A DNA stretch of 64,000 bases. Origin: Octopus sinensis (lineage: Eukaryota). The first letter of the stretch is position 1, and every line of letters starts with the position of its first letter. The position numbers and the translations under genes were made by a program. Positions 36,206-48,269 of the stretch are shown here, piece after piece. The notes under the pieces are model-generated. The model did not search any database, had not been told where the DNA came from, and worked only from the letters and a program-made list of their open reading frames with translations. Where the stretch lies: the NCBI RefSeq assembly GCF_006345805.1, contig NC_042999.1, positions 159,464,001 through 159,528,000 of the forward strand. The letters are read 5' to 3'.

Positions 36206-39060
36206 ATATACAGAATATTGTACAACTATAATAGATTCCCCTTTGGTCTGAAGGTCGCACTTGCAACAGGTTTCAACAGGTTATGGATGCAATGTTGGTG
36301 GACTGTCAATTCGCAATTCCATACCTGGATGACATATTGATTAAAAGTAATTCTCGTGATCAGCATGTCGAGCATGTAAAAGATGTGTTTGAAAAAATAA
36401 GAGACCACGGGTTCACTTTGAGTTAGGAGAAATGTGAGCACTTTTTGCTAAAAATCAAATACTTAAGGCAAATTATTGATAAAAATGAAAAACGTCCTGT
36501 CCCATCGAGGGCAGATGCAATTGAAGATATGCCTCCCCACATAACATTGTGACGTTACAAGCTATCATTGGACCATTAAATTACTATCAAAATTACATTC
36601 CTAATATGCATAAATCGAGAGCACCATTAAATGATTTACTGAAGAAAGAAGTAAAATGGAATTGGTCGATAAAGTGTCAAAATGCTTTAGAAGAGATAAA
36701 AGTGATTAAAACAATATTAATTTCTGATTTGTCATTAGGTTATTTCGATCCTGAAATAGACATTGTTGTTATTTCGGATGTTTCAGATTACGGAATAGGA
36801 CCAGTCTTGTTACACAAGTATAAAGAGGGAAATATGAAGCTAGAAGTTCGTGCTTCACGTTCGCTGATAGGAACAGAAAAAAGTATAGCCTGATAGAGAA
36901 GGAGGCTCTATGGATTAATTTGGCAGTAAAAAAATTTAACAAATTTAACAGCTTTTTGCTACTAACCGACCATCGACCATTACTATATTGGGTCAGAAAT
37001 AGTAAGGGATCAAAAATGTTATTGGGTTAAAAAGGAGATTGCCTACCCATGCAGCGAACCGACTACAATGCTGAGGTACAATATTGTTAAACTACAATTT
37101 TAAGATCTAGTATATTCTGTTGAAGAAAATTGGTCATGTGGACTGTTTATCGATACTAAGGCAGACTGTATGATGCGTGTGTACGAACAGCCATGCTACA
37201 TGGCAGTGAAACATGGGCCGTGACTGCTGAGGATATGCGTAAGCTCGCTAGAAATGAAGCCAGTATGCTCCGATGGATGTGTAATGCTGGTACTCACACT
37301 CGGCAGAGTGTAAGTACCTTGAGAGAAAAGCTGGACCTAAGAAGCATCAGTTGTGGTGTGCAAGAGAAACGTTTGCGCTGGTATGGTCATGTGGCGAGAA
37401 TGGATGAAGATAGTTGTGTGAAAAAGTGCCACACCCTAGCGGTTGAGGGAACCTGTGGAAGAGGCAGACCCAGGAAAACCTGGGACGAGGTGGTGAAGCA
37501 CGACCTTCGAACTTTAGGTCTCACTGAGGAAATGACTAGAGACCGAGACCTCTGGAAGTGTGCTGTTGCGAGAGAAGACCCGGCAGGACAAGTGAGTCCA
37601 CAACCCGTGGCCTTCTACATGGGAGGAGCCAGCCTACGTATGCATACCTTCCCTTCTTGGGACACAAAAACTACTTGTGAAGACGTGTTGAGGCAAGTGA
37701 GGATCAGAATCGAAATCGATCAATGGAAATTGCGGATGTGCTACCAGTGCCGGTGGCATGTCGAAACTCTGCTTGTGAAGACCCATTGAGGCAAGTGAGG
37801 ATCAGAATCGAAATCGATCAATGGAAATCGCAGATGTGTTACCAGTGCCGGTGGCATGTAAGAGAACTTTCCGTTTCGTGTCCGTTGCCAGCCTCGCCTG
37901 GCCCTCGTGCCGGTGGCACATAAAAAGCACCATCCGTTCGTGGCCGTTTGCCAGCTCTGTCTGGCACCAGTGCGGGTGGCACGTAAAAAGCACCCACTAC
38001 ACTCACGGAGTGGTTGGCGTTAGGAAGGGCATCCAGCCGTAGAAACACTGCCAGATTTGACTGGGCCTGATGAAGCCTTCTGGCTTCACAGACCCCAGTA
38101 GAACCGTCCAACCCATGCTAGCATGGAAAACGGACGCTAAATGATGATGATGATGATGATGATGAATTCCCAAGAATGAGGAACCGAACTGCCAGTGACA
38201 GCGCATGATATAAAAATCAAATCTGTAGAGGATAACTACATTACAAGGATGAAAGAAATGTTGAAAAATAAAGAAAATAAAAATACGAATAATTCGAATA
38301 ATTTTTCACTATGCGACAATGCTTTAATGTACGCTCAAAGAGTGATAGAAACGAATATTGCAGGAATTCCACTGTGGACACCCGGGAATGTCGAGAATGA
38401 CAACCTAATGAAGACCTGTGTATAGTGGCCGACAATGGTCCAGGACATTAAAAATTGTGTAAAATCATGTGGAAGTTGTGTGTTAGCAGCCAAAGCACCA
38501 CCGGTAAAAATACCAATCGTGGCCTGAGATGGATTGTCCCTGGTTCAGGGTACATATCGATTACGCTGGACCGGTGAACAACGCGTACTATCCAATCGTT
38601 GTTGGTAGCGGTACAAAGTTGTCAGAGGTGTACAGGTGCAATAAACCAACTGCAAGGACAACAATAACGTTCTTGTATGAATTATTTGCCCGACACGGTG
38701 TTCCAGACACGCTGGTATCAGATAATGCAACACAGTTTACGGGTCGTGAATTCAAAACTTTCTGCAAAATACATGCGACAAAGTATATTTTTACACCACC
38801 CTACCGCCCGAGATCAAATGGGCAGGTAGAAGGATTCATTGATACTTTCAAGTAAGCTTTTAAAAGAGCAAGAAAGTACGTAGGAAATAACTAAGCGCTA
38901 ACAAAATTCTTGAGGGTATATAGAGTAACGCCCAATCCGAATACCAGTTCAGAGAAGTCTCCGGCAGAGTTAATGTTCGCGCGAAAAATAAAATCGATCT
39001 TCGATAAATTATTGCCAGGAAAATGTATATATAAAGGAAATGCAGAAAACATTTCGAAGT
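36201..39060 (+). mobile_element. Ty3/gypsy LTR-retrotransposon pol relic (RT, RNase H, integrase), interrupted by an RTE
   Basis: YNRFPFGLKVA..YLDDILI; RNase H DVSDYGIGPVL; HHCC GHPGMSRM..WP..CVKSCGSC; integrase HIDYAGP..LVSDNATQF..PRSNGQVE. No LTRs seen. Confidence 0.9.
37158..38165 (+). mobile_element. RTE-clade LINE, 5'-truncated, inserted in gypsy pol
   Basis: GRLYDACVRTAMLHGSETW..RLRWYGHVARM..GRGRPRKTWDEVV; long 3' UTR with internal tandem duplications; (GAT)n tail. Removing it restores gypsy GHVDCLSIL|IPKNEEP. Confidence 0.9.
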
Positions 39061-39098
39061 AGGGGTTAAAGTTGATTTTAAAATTTAGAAAAAAATAG

Positions 39099-39517
39099 TA
39101 GGCGCAGGAGTGGCTGTGTTGTAAGTAGCTTGTTAACCAACCACATGGTTCCGGGTTCAGTCCCACTGCGTGGCTCCTTGGGCAAGTGTCTTCTGCTATA
39201 GCCTCGGGCCGACCAAAGCCTTGTGAGTGGATTTGGTAGACGGAAACTGAAAGAAGCCTGTCGTATATATGTATATATATATATATATGTATGTGTGTTT
39301 GTTTGTGTGTCTGTGTTTGTCCTCCCCAACATCGTTTGACAACCGATGCTGGTGTGTTTATGTCCCCGTTACTTAGCGGCTCGGCAAAAGAGACCGATAG
39401 AATAAGTACTGGGCTTACAAAAAGAATACGTCCCGAGTTCGAGTTGCTCTATTAAAGGAGGTGCTCCAGCATGGCCGCAGTCAAATGACTGAAACAAGTA
39501 AAAAGAAAAAAGAGTAA
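39099..39517 (+). mobile_element. SINE family B, full length
   Basis: Aligns to the other copies. Confidence 0.9.
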
Positions 39518-39785
39518 AGTGAGTGAGAAGATTGCTTAGTAATTGAACGATTAGGAAACATGATGTATGTAATTAAAGAACAACATTAGGAAGGTTGGTT
39601 CGTTTGGAATTTTGATTGTCGGTTCGTGAAGAGATTGTTGGATCATTACGTTGTTATTATGGCTGCATCGTTATCTTGTTTACTGTTACTACACTGGCAC
39701 AGTGTAGTAACAGTAAACCATCCGTCACAATATAGTAGCGGTACTACGACATTTAGAGACGAGGACATGTATGCCATATATATAT

Positions 39786-39874
<89 letters not shown>

Positions 39875-39891
39875 ATATATATATATATATA

Positions 39892-40115
39892 TGGAGGCGC
39901 AATGGCCTAGTGGTTAGGGCAGCGGACTTGCGGTCGGAGGATCGCGGTTTCGATTCCCAGACCGGGCGTTGTGTGTGTTTATTGAGCGAAAAAAACACCT
40001 AAACGCTCCACGAGGCTCCGGCAGGAGGTGGTGATCCCTGCTGTACTCTTTCACCACTCTAAAGGCGGTGCTCCAGCATGGCCACAGTCAAATGACTGAA
40101 ACAAGTACAAAAAAA

Positions 40116-40133
<18 letters not shown>
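39892..40133 (+). mobile_element. Chimeric SINE: family A head joined to family B 3' end, followed by poly(A)
   Basis: Family A to ..ctgtactctttcaccactct (about 40060), then AAAGGCGGTGCTCCAGCATGGCCACAGTCAAATGACTGAAACAAGTA and a run of about 25 A. Confidence 0.8.
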
Positions 40134-40155
<22 letters not shown>

Positions 40156-40314
40156 TACGTTTGTGTGTGTATGTGTGTGTATAATTTGCTCCATTAAATT
40201 TTACAACAGCTTAATGAATGACGTATGAACTTGTATGAAGAAAACAGAAGTTGCTCAAATTATCTTCTACATTCATTGATGAAGAAGGAATACTGGGGGG
40301 TATTTATGTGTGTG

Positions 40315-40315
<1 letters not shown>

Positions 40316-40381
<66 letters not shown>

Positions 40382-40422
40382 GTAGGTAGATAGATAGATA
40401 GATAGATAGATAGGTAGATAGG

Positions 40423-40492
<70 letters not shown>
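40316..40492. repeat. (GATA)n microsatellite
   Basis: Directly visible. Confidence 0.95.
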
Positions 40493-41562
40493 CCTCATTT
40501 AAAAATCACACCTTCAAAAACTTTATATACGGTCTCTAACACTATGGAAGATAGAAAAATATTTATTCTTTCACGATTTTCCATTTAAATTTATATCATG
40601 TTTGCCTTAACAACCAATATACGTACCAATAAGTGAAGGTAATCAAATTTCACACAAATTGTATGGGACAGTGTAGATATATTGGAATGGTGTCATATTA
40701 TAATTTGCCATTTAAAATTCATATACTCGAAAGTGTATTGTGTTTTCAAATACCACGGCAACTATGAAATTTGTTCTTTCATTTCATTCGGGCTTAAATT
40801 TGTTTATACTTCTAAAATATTCAGGTATTGCGGCACTAACATTGGCGATTATATATATATTTATGCTTGGATTATGATTTTTCTTTCAGACTTAAGTTCT
40901 TCTAAAGAGATTTAAAACAAATCGCTAAAAATCAGCAAATTCTTGGAGTTTGTAAATTCTTGGTGTTTGCAAATATGTAGTTGAATCGGTGTATTGGTTG
41001 AGCTATGTTGGTATCTGTTCATCTAAAGAATCATTGATAGAGAATCTTTGGAATGTCTTACAAATCTTCACTGGGCCATTAATAGATTGGATTTAGAGAA
41101 TCTACGTCAGTTTCTCTTGCTCTTTCTTTGAAAAACTTAGTATTTCTAATTTTTTCGCTTAAATTTGTGGGTACATGGCATAATGCACCTTTAATGATCA
41201 TAGCCATATTTATAGTAACAAAAGCGATAATTGCCTCTCCCCCCCCCGGCTCCTTAAGTTTCGAGGAACGGCTGTCACAGTTAGTGGGCCCTCTACACCG
41301 GGTTGTCACAGCTTCCCCAAAATGTTTGCATGAAACAAACCTTCCGCTATTTACTTCGTAAAAATGTACTTGAAGAAATTTTCTTTAAAAATATCATATT
41401 TTCTCCACTTTAGCAACAGCAGGAACAAAAAAGCAACTTTAAATCCCTTGAGAATAAAATAAAATATGGAGAAAAAGTATCAACGAAAAACAAAGTAACA
41501 AATACGAAAAATTTCTGAAAAGTATTCAAAACTGTTATCCTTCTATATAAAGGTAGATAAAT

Positions 41563-41649
<87 letters not shown>

Positions 41650-41678
41650 CAGATAGACAGATAGATAGATAGATAGAT

Positions 41679-41720
<42 letters not shown>

Positions 41721-41721
<1 letters not shown>

Positions 41722-44700
41722 TGTTTCTTTATTAGCCACACAGGGCTGCACACAGATAGAACAAATTACAAGGTAGAGCTTTTCTTTTGAAGGTTTAAAA
41801 AAAAAAAGGAAGGGGGAGTTTCGATCAAATGGGATCGTAAAAGGAGAGAAAGAGGACAAAAAAAGGGGGGTTAAAAAAAAGGGGGAGAGAAAAAAAAATT
41901 GATCAATAGGGATCGTTATCACAGAAATGTCAATATGAAGTGTAAAGGGGAGGACAGGTGAGGTTTACCCGTGGAAAGAAAAGCCTACGGAAAAGACCAC
42001 GGTTACCTCGGTCAATGGAGTCACATGTTATATTTTTTTTTTTTTTTGCGAATAAGCAACTCTCTGTTTTCAATTTCTGGGTTCATAGGATCATGCTCAA
42101 GGTGGCTTCGTCATTCATACGTGCCATCCTTGCTACCTTCACCCATCTTTTTTAAAACATTCGCTAGACAAAACTTGCCTCTCTACTCTCACTTTCTTTT
42201 CAAGTGGTACTTGAAGAAGTTGATGAGAGATTGACCAGAGAGGAAAGTGTTTGTCTCCAATCCTTTCAGACGCGTCCACCAGATACATTCTTTCGCCATA
42301 GCCACAAGGATGATGAAAATAGCTCTTCCTTCCCGTTTGAAGGAGGGAGGCGTGACAATATTGACGATAGACTCAGCTGATAAACCGACTCGTCCCACAC
42401 GTGACAGCAGTTGTTCGACATAAGCCCACAGGTCGGAAATTGTTGGACACTGCACGAGTGCGTGCAGAACGGTTTCGTCGCTCTGACCGCATCTCGGGCA
42501 GGTCGGCCCCGTGTTTCTCGAGCCGTGTCTGTAGAGCTTATCCCGAACGGGTAGCGCTTCTCGGTAGCACTGCCAGGCCAGGGATCTCTGGAAGTTGTCC
42601 ATGGCCCTGGCCCGAAAGTCGTCCTGAACAGGCGGGTCAGGTACTCCTCGTCGACGTCCAGGTTCGCCCCGAGCTCGTCGTCGTACCTCCCCTCCACTAA
42701 ACCCCTATAGAATGCTTTGGTTGTGTTGAAGTCACTCAAGGTCGACCCAGGACGGCAGAGTTGCTTGAGAGCAACGCGACACTCGCGGTTCCATTCGCCC
42801 TTCTTCGGCCTCTTTTTGATCCACGACTGCAGTTCGGTCAAGGAGACGAGCTGCGGGAAAGTGTGCCTCACAAACGGCGACCACACCTGTTCACCGTCGT
42901 CTACATAGAGCCAGAGATGTCGCAGTCTCAGCGCGTGTCTGCGCATCATCAACCACGGCATGCCCAGCCCTCCTTTTAACGGGTGTTGAGAGCAAATGGA
43001 TCGCCTGACCATCGGGACGCATCCTTTCCACAAGAAGCAAAAGAGAATGCGTTGTAGTTTGGTGATGGTAGGGTCGGGACAAGGTACGACGGTCAGGTGG
43101 TAGTAGATGACGGACGCGATGTACGTGTTCAACACCTCCGCCCGACCTTTTAGGGACAGTTTCCTCTCGGCCCATTGCCGGGTGAGAGTGACCACCCTAC
43201 TCGTTATGTCGATCCAGTTCTTCTCCACTTGGAGGTCCGGACCAAACCAGACCCCGAGCAACTCAACCGGGCCGTCGGTCCAGCGTCCCACGACGGAGGC
43301 GCTGGTGGACGGCATGGGCTTGCTTCTCCAGGTGCCTAGTCGCAAGCCCACTGACTTTTCCCGGTTGATTTTCGCTCCTGTCACCGCTTCGTAGTTTTTC
43401 AGTGTCTCGCCGACCTGCTCGATGTGCTCATGACTAGACACTATGACGGTGACGTCGTCCGCGTATGCAGACACGCTCGTCCCGCATCCCAATTCTCGCG
43501 GGATGCCTCTCAAGGTTGCCAGCTTCCGCAATAATGGCTCGAGAGTCAATACGTATAGAAGCGACGAGAGGAGGCATCCCTGACGGACCGAACATGCGAT
43601 GTCGAAGGGTCTCGATAGATGTCCATTCACGCGAATTACCGAACGGATGCCTCTGTACAAAGCGGCTATCCAGCCGCGGAAGACGGGAACGAAGCCAGCC
43701 GCTCCGAGGACCGCCTCCAAGTATCGATGGTCCACCCTATCGAAAGCTTTCGATTGATCCAAATTGATCGGCGCCCCACCCATGCCAGGTTCGTTAACTA
43801 CCCTGTCTATGATGTAGCGCATCAGGTGGAGGTTGTCATGGATGGTCCGGCCTGGCACGGCGCATGTTTGCGCCCTGTCGACCAGTTTCTCGATGACAAG
43901 CGCCAACCTCTTGGCTAGCACCTTGGCCAAAATTTTCAAGTCTGCATTAAGCAGAGTGATGGGCCTAAAGTTATCTATTACATTTCCCTTGTTTAGATCT
44001 TTCTTCAGCAGTGTTACGGCTCCTCGCTCACAAAACCAGGAATGCTCCCGTTTTGCTGCCAGTTGCAGTACACCGCCGCCAAGAGATCTCCAAACAAGTC
44101 TGGCATACATTGTAAAGCTCGTAGGGTAGACCATCCAAACCCGGTGATTTGTCCCGCGAGCATTCTGCCATCGCTTCCTGCACTTCCGCCGCCGTGATGG
44201 CACCTTCGCAGCACCCTGCCTTTCTTGTCGAGAGTCGTGGTAGGCTATGTAGGTAGGCACTGAAGTCCACCCTACGTTCTTGCCCTCCACTCGTTCCGAA
44301 CAGTCGGGCAAAATGCTGCTGAAAGGCCTCACACATTTTACTTGGCTCGAGCAATTCGCGCCCCTGTTCATCTACCAGGGACCGAATGGTGGCTTTGTTG
44401 CCCTGTTGCGCCTCTGCCACCCGGGCCTCTCTCGCGGCTCCAACACCTTCGTTCCTTAGAGCACGCATCCTAGCTCTGACAGCACATCCTTCGTGTTTGG
44501 CGTTGAAGTGTTGGTCGAAGGCCAACCTCGCCGCCAAAACGTCGGATGCGATGCCGCTTCTAATTGCCTCTTCTAGCTTCTTAACTAGCTCACCCTCTAC
44601 TCTATTTCTATCTATCTATGGCTTTGCTTGTACCTAATCGCTTCTGCTTTTACTGCTCTCTTGAGGGCAAACCACCACTTGTTGTTGATGATGGCTCCTG

Positions 44701-45510
44701 TCAAAGCCCTCTTTACTAGTGTGCTAATCCGGTCTCTGAAAACCTGTCTCGATGGGAAAGACGCGTTTAGTTTCCAGTATCCGGGACCCTGCCTAAGTGT
44801 CTTACCTAAGTCTAGCGTACATGTCACAAGTTTGTGATCCGTGTAGCTGACTATGTGGAATTGTGGACATCCTATGCTATCTCTGTCTACTGTCCTACAC
44901 AGTATCCTATCTAGATACGATCTCAACGACCCGATGCGGTTGCTCCATGTCCACGTTGGCGCATTCGGGTGGTCTAGTCGGAACCTGTCAGACAGTTGAA
45001 AGCGTCTGAGCAGGTCTCTGAGGCATTTGCATCCCCGTCTATTTCTATCTCTACCCACGTAGTCTACATGCGTGTCCAAGGTAGCATTCCAATCCCCCAC
45101 TAAGAGTAAAGGACGAGACGTTCCCAAGAATACTTCTAGACGTTGAAAGAAATCCGCCCACCTGTTAAGGGCGGTGCGTAGACTGATACGAGTCGAAAAG
45201 CGCACCCATTGCTGCCGTCGACATCCAGGACGACCAGTCTACCCTCCGGGTCTACGAATATTTCCTTACTTTGAGATCCAGACTCTTGTGAAAAAGTACC
45301 GCGGTGCCACTACCGCCCATTCTCGGCAGACAGGGGGAAAAATAAATGTTGAACTGTCCGCCAAACATGGTCTTTAGGGCCCGCGGATTGTGGAGTCTGG
45401 TCTCACTTATGGCTATGATTTCTAACTTATGTGACTTTATGTCATTAAGAGGTACCCTTGTTTCCAAGGGGACCCCAAGCCACGCGCATTTACACAACCA
45501 ATCTTGATAT
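41721..45510 (-). mobile_element. L1/Tx1-type LINE copy A (ORF2 plus 3' UTR), flanked on both sides by (GATA)n
   Basis: GC-rich body. 3' end ..GGCTAATAAAGAAACAT runs straight into (ATCT)n; 5' end starts at the APE N-terminus next to the GATA array 45510-45662. Confidence 0.9.
42189..45510 (-). pseudogene. Tx1-like ORF2 (APE, RT, Zn-finger), frameshifted
   Basis: APE: KIGCVNARGL, ISET, LVGDWN, SYLDRI, TDH. RT: FRPITLLNADLKILAK, DQSKAFDRV, VRQGC, AYADDV, LSLKGR. C-terminal CPRCG..ETVLHALVQC. Confidence 0.92.
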
Positions 45511-45542
45511 AGATGATAGATAGAAGATAGATAGATAGATAG

Positions 45543-45586
<44 letters not shown>

Positions 45587-45590
45587 TGAT

Positions 45591-45664
<74 letters not shown>

Positions 45665-47229
45665 ATTTGCTTGACCTTACGATGAGCCGTAAATTTCAAG
45701 TTTGTGTGCTTGCAATTAAAACACACATACACACACACATACACACACATATACACACACATATATACATACATACACACAAACAAACAAACATGCGTTC
45801 ACATATATTGCTACCCCCTATAGTTTTGGTAAGTGAATCACATTTACGAAAAAATGGTAAGACAGTTAGGCTTTCAAAATTTTAATTTGTACTTGATTTT
45901 TTTTATTATAGAATTATCTCTTTCGCGTAGCATCACTCCACAGATTAAAAAAGTTTTTTGTTTTTGTTTTCTTTCAACTTTGGATAATGACTTCTTCAAA
46001 TATTTGTTCTCTATTAAGCCTAATCTCTTCTTTCTTTTTCCTGTATTTTTTTATCCTCGCCAACCTAACAATTTCTTGTTATTGCTATTTTCGTGCTACG
46101 TTCGTAAAAAATTCATCATTGATACTGTCACTGGTGCTATTCTTCAACTTACTTTTCAGTTTATCTCTGACAACTATTTTTCAGTTCTCTCTGTTGAACA
46201 TTAGTTTCTATTTCAGAAGATGTCTATTACTGGTCGTAAATAGGTGGATTTTTTAAGACATCGAAAAGTAATGTTGAAACAAAAATAAACTCAATGGCTT
46301 CACCAGTAACAACACATCTTAATTGCAATCCAAAGTACTCTCCTCTCTCACAAGATGATTTGAACCGTTACATCTACAGACACCCTTTTTATTAATAAAG
46401 TGATAGTGAAAGCTTAAATATTGTTACGTAGATGTTTGAAGTTTAGAAGGATACACGAAATACTCAATTCCTCTTCAAAGCTATACTTTTTCCGAAAATA
46501 TTCTTAGGCCCCATGCAAGTGACAAATTATTCTGAAAAAAGTTAAAAACGAAATTCTTAATCTGTAATCCTCGATTTACTGTTAATTGATTGAACTCTTA
46601 TCTATTAACATTTGATTAACTTTGGCTGCAGTCTTTCTTATCTGCCCCAGACATAAGAATAACAGAAATACGTGTAAACTGACTGGTTTAGTACGTCTGT
46701 GACTAGATTAAACGATTAGAGTTCACATGGCTGTTAGCATCACCTGTTTTGCTTCTTAGATTATTTTTTTCATTGCTTTTATTCAGATTATATTTTCACA
46801 CAGATTATCCAGTACAGTACGGAATATTCATCTGTCGCGAAAAAGATTTGCAAAGAAAGAAGTGAGAAAATGCTATTTTATTAGCAAAAACACAACTTGC
46901 AGAATTTTTCTGCGCTTCGAAATAAGGAAAACTTGCAAGTTAATGAAGAATGAGTAACAAATATCCCTTTTTAAGAAACTAGCTTCACTCCTAAAAAAAA
47001 CAGGAGTAACATTTGCAGCTCAACTTATTGAAGATGTTATATCACTGCATCCTTCTGACATGGACAGCGAAGTCCCATCTTTGGATCTACAATTAACTTA
47101 GTAGTTGTCTTTCAGAACCCTAAATCTTAGCGCTATTATGAAAAGAAGGGATAGCAAATCATTATTTTAACAAAATTCAATGTTTTATACTATTTGGGAC
47201 AATGGTGAGCAACGTTCGAGGAAGTAGAA

Positions 47230-47590
47230 CCTATCAAAGGCTATGGTGCTTTTACTGCACTGTAAAGTCAGGCCCTCGTGACAAGTTTTCCAATAAGAAT
47301 GGCTTTAAACATTGGGAAAAATCAGAGGAGAACATATAAGCAGGTGAAGAAAAGCAGGCCACAGAGATTCAGAGTTGAAGTTCAATCTTTAATGAAGGAA
47401 ATGTTCTAATATTTATAGGGAATCGGAAAAACAAGTGCAGGATAACAAGAAATTTTGGACTGAAATATTGCGCTGTGTTGTGGCCGTGATACTATCTCTA
47501 GCCGAAAGAGGGCTGGCATTAAGAGGCAGTAACCATAGGATCAAAGCGCAATTGGGGATTTGGGGGTAATAATGGAACTTAAGAAGCTTT
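47230..47590 (+). mobile_element. hAT (ZMYM1/DUF4371-like) transposase relic
   Basis: KFWTEILRCVVAVILSLAERGLALRGSN resembles the conserved hAT motif LAERGLAFRG. Confidence 0.6.
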
Positions 47591-47624
47591 GGAGCTCCAA
47601 ATATGTGTGTTGTTTGTTTGTTTG

Positions 47625-47655
<31 letters not shown>

Positions 47656-47669
47656 TGTGTGTGTGTAGT

Positions 47670-47850
47670 GAGAATTTAGGAGAAAACAAAAGACGAAGAC
47701 GAGTGTGTAAACAACAAACAGATGTATTAGTTTAACGCACGGGAAGTAAGAAAGTCTTTTATGTTTCGAGCCTACGCTCTTCGACAGAAAGGAACACAAA
47801 AATAAACAGGGAGAGAAAATAAATAAGGTTTAGTGGTCAGTGATCTATCA
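47670..47850 (-). mobile_element. Penelope-like terminal relic with a degenerate hammerhead (47756-47791)
   Basis: Minus strand CTTT CTGTCGAA GAGC-GTAG-GCTC GAAAC AT A AAAG; ends at a (CA)n tract. Confidence 0.5.
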
Positions 47851-48269
47851 TATAGGTATTTGTACGTGTGTTCATTTATATCTTTTGCATTTAGGCATAG
47901 TTAATTAAAAGGTAGCTGAGCCTCAAAATTATTTATTAGCATGGATATTCTAGCATGGCTTAAAATAACACAGGTCTGCGAAATGGAACATTTTGAAAAC
48001 TGTTTTGATAATTGTATGTTACCTCATATATTTTTGGATTGTAATTTGAAATATCAAAATACCTCTTTCCTATTACCTAAAGTTTTCTCATAATTAATGA
48101 TAAAATATACCATAATTTATTGGTAAATGCACACATTATAATATAAAATCAAATTAATAAAAATGAATATGGTACTTTATTTAGCAAAATAAATGGCTCA
48201 AATGCAACTGAAAGGTGAAGAAATAAATTTCTACAAGGGTTCAATTCATTTTTTGTATTCTGTTTTTCT

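Noticed and set aside
42401-44129. Multiple plus-strand ORFs over the Tx1 element (also 60221-60919 and 62204-63731)
   Set aside because: Antisense shadows of a GC-rich ORF2.
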